Positions 17,101-20,000 of a stretch of 20,000 nucleotides of DNA are shown piece by piece. The stretch's first letter is position 1. Every line of letters starts with the position of its first letter. A model generated the notes under the pieces. The model worked only from the letters and a program-made list of their open reading frames with translations, ran no database searches and had not been told where the DNA came from. Made by a program: the position numbers and the translations under genes. This stretch comes from an uncultured virus (IMG/VR IMGVR_UViG_3300035188_001031) (Duplodnaviria > Heunggongvirae > Uroviricota > Caudoviricetes), in IMG/VR virus record IMGVR_UViG_3300035188_001031. The stretch is one strand, 5' to 3'.

Positions 17101-20000
17101 TTCAGCAGGTTCAACTTAATGTAGTTAATGGAAAGGCGACGAATTTCTCAAACGCTGTTTTCTGTATAAAAACTGCTACAGTATCTACTGTAGCTTACAA
17201 AGTTCAATCACTTTCTTTTGACGAGGAAGGGAATCTTCAAGTAGAAGCATCTGTCTTCCCTCTTAAATCAAATGATTACAGCTTAATTACCGAAGGTTGG
17301 GAAGTCCCAGGAAACTGGATTATAGAAGGCGAAATTGCCGGTGGAGAAACAGACGCATTTGAAGAAGCCTTCTTCGATGGCGTTAACATCCTGGGTCCCA
17401 GCTCTTTAACCAAGAATGTAGCCGATGAGTACACTGCTTTAATCAGCGGAACCGTTGGCACATATTCTTACCAATGGTCTTCATCTAGCCCTGGCGTTAC
17501 TTTTAGTGCGCCTACCGCTGCCACTACACAAGTCACAGTTGCATCAGAAGGCAATGCGCAAATACAAGTCACTGTGGTTCAGTTCCTTCCCACGGGTACT
17601 GGTAACACAGTCACACAAACCAAAGCAATTGAAGTCCTAGGCCCCAGTACACTTCTGGATCTTATAGGTACTGTCGGGATTGTAGGGCCCACTACTGTTG
17701 GGACCGATGTTCCTGCTGTTTACGACGTTGTATTCACCGGCCAATCAGCACCAATTGCCAGCACTGCTATTCAGGTTGGTGGATCCTATCAAATAGTAAG
17801 TGTAGGTACTACAGACTTCACTTTAGTCGGCTCCCCAAATAATAACATAGGCACTGTTTTTACAGCTACAGGTGTTGGAGCAGGTACTGGAAGCGTATCG
17901 AATCTTGATGACGTTTTTATCTCATGGAATTGGACCTCTACAAATCTCGGTGCAGATGTAGACATCACCGAGTCCGGGGCTCCAAAGACAGGCGTTACTT
18001 TCCTTGCAGGTGGGACATATAACCTCAACGTCACGATTAGTTCGGCAACAGCGGCAGACAGCCCTAAGACAGCAACGCTATCCGTTGTAGTTGATGCCCC
18101 AGTTGTTACTGTAGTCGCGACAGATCCTGATGCAAATGAAGTAACACCGCCAGCGGTTGCAGATGGTGGGCTTTTTACTTTAACTCGCACAGGGCCAACA
18201 ACAAACCCGTTAACTGTAACTGTATCACTGACTGGCACAGCTATAAGCGGAATTGACTACACCCATTCCTTACTGACTAACGCGCCATCTGCTGGCTATA
18301 TCGTTGTATTTGCAGCCGGGTCCGCAACAAGCCTTGTCCCTATAACTATCACCCCAGATGCACTCACGGAAGCCCCCGAAACCATTACGCTAGAAATAGT
18401 CAGTGATCTGGGCTACGAATCGGGTACTCCTTCTAGTGCAACCATAGTTATAAGAGAAAAGGCTGGACCTAATCAGGTCTTTGCGGGACCTTCTACAGGG
18501 ATAGACTCTGCTCCACCGTCCTTCAGACAATTAACTACTAATGATTTACCTAGTATAGGCACTGCAGGCACTTACACCAAAGTCACCACAGACTTAAAAG
18601 GTCGCGTTATTTCGGGTTCTAACCCTACAACCCTTGAAGGGTACGGAATCACAGATACATATACTTCAGAGTATATAGACGCTATGGTGCAAGGGCTAAA
18701 GCCTAAGCAACTTGTACGAGTCGCTACGACAACAAATATCACGCTATCGGGGACGCAGACTGTTGATACTGTCACTACTTTAGCTACGGGCGACCGTGTT
18801 CTTGTAAAAGACCAGACTAATAAATCTCAGAATGGCTTTTACAATTACAATTCAGCAGGAGCATGGACGCGCACAGCAGACTTTGATGAATGGTCGGAAG
18901 TCCCAAATGCTTATGTATTTGTTAGAGAAGGTCTGGTCAATGCGGGCGATAGCTTTGTCTGTATAAGTGGCAGCAATCTGTTTGGTGCCAGTGAAATAGG
19001 CTCTTCAGATATTGAATTTATCTTATTCAGTGCTGCTCTTGAGCTATTTGTTTCAACAGGCCTTAATAAAGTAGGGAACACTATATCGCTGGCCAATACC
19101 TCTGTTGCTGCAAATAACTACGGAAGCGCTTCTCAAGTTGCAACATTCACTGTCGATGCGCAAGGACGCCTCACTGCTGCAGCGAATGTCGCTCTAGGTA
19201 TCGGCACGGTTGCCAATAAGCCAATTATTACAGGCACCGGCGGAGCTTTGGTCGCGGGATCTTTTGGCACAACAGCTAATACTTTTTGTGAAGGTAACGA
19301 CAGTCGTCTGTTAGCTGCCGGAACAGTAACCAGCGTGGGACTATCACTCCCCACGAGCCTGTTCCAAGTAACCGGCAGTCCCGTAGTTTCAAGTGGTGAT
19401 CTCACCGCTACTCTTTCGCCCCAGAGTCCTAATCGAGTGTTTGCAGGCCCCGCTGCGGGCGGTTTAAATTTTGCGCCTGTTTTTAGAGCGTTAGTAGCTG
19501 CCGACTTACCAGATTCCGGGGTTGTTGACGGGAATTATGGAAGTGCGAATGCTGTTCCTACAGTTACTTTAGATAAAAAAGGTAGGATTGTTTCTATTGT
19601 TAATACACCTATTGCCATTAGCAATACTGCTATTACTGGATTAGGTACTGCCTCCACGAGGAACGTTCCAGCAAGTGGCAATGCCGCAGATACTGAAGTC
19701 GTTCTCGGGGGCGATAGCCGGTTGAGCGACGCTAGAGCGCCGTTGTATGGGAATCAAAATCCAAATCTGGTACTCGCTGGCCCTTCCACTGGCAGTACTG
19801 CAGGAACACCAACTTTCAGAGCTTTAGTAGCTACTGATATACCAGCACACAACCAAGATGCTTCAACTATAAACAGTGGAACACTTAATGCACTGAGACT
19901 ACCTGCTTTTACAGGAGATGCTACCAGTACATCCGGTACGTCAGCTCTTACTCTTTCTAATTCAGGTGTTGTAGCCGGTACCTACAATTCTTCCACAGAA
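14121..20000 (+). CDS. Giant tail tip/central fibre protein (gpJ-like core + Ig-like + Calx-beta + fibre repeats), at least 1960 aa, runs off the right edge; not in ORF track
   Basis: TGATG coupling at 14119-14123. Manual translation MSLTPYKGHIVLLPEDRELIDVLGITEEEY...VELGSSVPVIYA...RRYFWDGA...VVAGTYNSSTE shows no in-frame stop up to 20000. Confidence 0.9.
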   Translation, partial: MSLTPYKGHIVLLPEDRELIDVLGITEEEYRSFVREAMKRSRIEPGKPQALLLIPFVANLVIGLALSYVGNLLAPKNTGGKGPNIRQTQKQGQNIVSQTEFAPKVGFDSLQNVVELGSSVPVIYAKREVINGFTYGGVRVNTNLVWSQMQSYGGNQLFRAIFLIGEGAIGALDPTQFAFGDNTINGYDLGLGNSSNSRVTFYQKTNGGRITSADRIAGRTADKDPGNAQNQGALDVFHVQSINNEWRPDFCYSYKPATQTQFGVYSPIGVGLGYRINPSMRPAVAVRTVPEGDKGKVKLQCDKDGVALAQRNKYNTKFKSRSGIIRINGVNFNNDDGETRTLNVNDTVTYFLERRSDARREFRGGQPGNDHKETCNDVAQAVASRQKNWDDSCSIGDLYKLGTAQLICESRSPIDEVFSSEVDQDPIGGGQDMAVTFRVVKSGIAELTSLSGVGTGTSRSHLLKLSICAFTLSRATQVIELGFKSTLGIRINGLCNFKDAISHREIDGRACEHYRNRVFGKGQSLGLSNYSSGSFSGSERRYSFFRIGYRVAGSTDAYIYMSQCFGFAGVTQQNQFNYIRLQMPRFEVWEFKIEPLSGWEIRSNQATGSLEVLDAKISQTRTVWSSDVGATFNGRAISRERRTFQMACTRDRNLGVEKQDTRDYADDWGKLAEAFVYDEIQSSARTPEHELAYINIITPNTVTPTYNNLALIGMNIRSSTEFSQLKQLSVYVTSGLGGYHTFPQVLQDLLSNTRYGLGATLSAEQIDNDLLLSATSWTYSRRYFWDGALPEPVNIRQWASTTAPHFLLEFVIKNGKFALQPAVYFNQPEVITNLFTSGNILEDSFEFSYADTEERIPKRVSVKWRHERPANTNDSAGIFPLIREINIREVGTPADAPLETLDLTDFCTNQEHAIDVAKYICRVSRLVTHSVSFKTVPTEAGLEIGRCFKLGLETVNYAQPNNGAISSDGTITSIDPISNGTYDVLLWNGTTNAIQQVQLNVVNGKATNFSNAVFCIKTATVSTVAYKVQSLSFDEEGNLQVEASVFPLKSNDYSLITEGWEVPGNWIIEGEIAGGETDAFEEAFFDGVNILGPSSLTKNVADEYTALISGTVGTYSYQWSSSSPGVTFSAPTAATTQVTVASEGNAQIQVTVVQFLPTGTGNTVTQTKAIEVLGPSTLLDLIGTVGIVGPTTVGTDVPAVYDVVFTGQSAPIASTAIQVGGSYQIVSVGTTDFTLVGSPNNNIGTVFTATGVGAGTGSVSNLDDVFISWNWTSTNLGADVDITESGAPKTGVTFLAGGTYNLNVTISSATAADSPKTATLSVVVDAPVVTVVATDPDANEVTPPAVADGGLFTLTRTGPTTNPLTVTVSLTGTAISGIDYTHSLLTNAPSAGYIVVFAAGSATSLVPITITPDALTEAPETITLEIVSDLGYESGTPSSATIVIREKAGPNQVFAGPSTGIDSAPPSFRQLTTNDLPSIGTAGTYTKVTTDLKGRVISGSNPTTLEGYGITDTYTSEYIDAMVQGLKPKQLVRVATTTNITLSGTQTVDTVTTLATGDRVLVKDQTNKSQNGFYNYNSAGAWTRTADFDEWSEVPNAYVFVREGLVNAGDSFVCISGSNLFGASEIGSSDIEFILFSAALELFVSTGLNKVGNTISLANTSVAANNYGSASQVATFTVDAQGRLTAAANVALGIGTVANKPIITGTGGALVAGSFGTTANTFCEGNDSRLLAAGTVTSVGLSLPTSLFQVTGSPVVSSGDLTATLSPQSPNRVFAGPAAGGLNFAPVFRALVAADLPDSGVVDGNYGSANAVPTVTLDKKGRIVSIVNTPIAISNTAITGLGTASTRNVPASGNAADTEVVLGGDSRLSDARAPLYGNQNPNLVLAGPSTGSTAGTPTFRALVATDIPAHNQDASTINSGTLNALRLPAFTGDATSTSGTSALTLSNSGVVAGTYNSSTE
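18100..18455 (+). other. Calx-beta domain within the giant tail protein
   Basis: VVTVVATDPDANE...FTLTRTG..TNPLTVTVSLTGTAISGIDY...VFAAGSATSLVPITITPDALTEAPETITLEI...GTPSSATIVIRE. Confidence 0.8.
18471..19845 (+). repeat. Three degenerate tail-fibre protein repeats (N.VFAGP..G...P.FR.L...DLP) interleaved with VT.D.KGR fibre repeats
   Basis: NQVFAGPSTGIDSAPPSFRQLTTNDLP (about 18471-18550), NRVFAGPAAGGLNFAPVFRALVAADLP (about 19431-19510) and NLVLAGPSTGSTAGTPTFRALVATDIP (about 19764-19843). Also KVTTDLKGRV, TFTVDAQGRL and TVTLDKKGRI. Confidence 0.8.

Noticed and set aside
14121..20000. Apparent 6-kb ORF-poor region suggesting stop-codon recoding or non-coding DNA
   Set aside because: It is one open frame lacking a stop within the window. 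TAG, TGA and TAA all act as normal stops elsewhere.
17300..20000. Diversity-generating retroelement or invertible fibre cassette
   Set aside because: No reverse transcriptase, invertase or adenine-specific repeat pair is visible. The fibre C-terminus lies outside the window, so this is not excluded downstream.

Overview
The window is the virion morphogenesis region of a tailed dsDNA phage or prophage, most likely a siphovirus because no sheath gene is present. On the + strand the order is: DUF2213-type prohead protease/scaffold, head decoration protein, DUF2184-type major capsid, head-tail and neck genes, tail tube, tail assembly chaperone, a 1981-aa tape measure protein carrying a lambda-type lysozyme domain, a gpL-like tail tip gene, and a giant tail-tip/fibre ORF (14121 to beyond 20000) that the ORF track misses. 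The chaperone has a lambda-identical G GGA AAG -1 frameshift site. Three genes run divergently on the - strand at the left end: an XRE HTH regulator, a small basic protein and a truncated metallophosphoesterase, which the track also misses. C-rich start contexts with few Shine-Dalgarno motifs tentatively suggest a picocyanobacterial host. I saw no RNA genes, CRISPR array, IS element or DGR. All family assignments come from motif recognition and gene order, not database searches.
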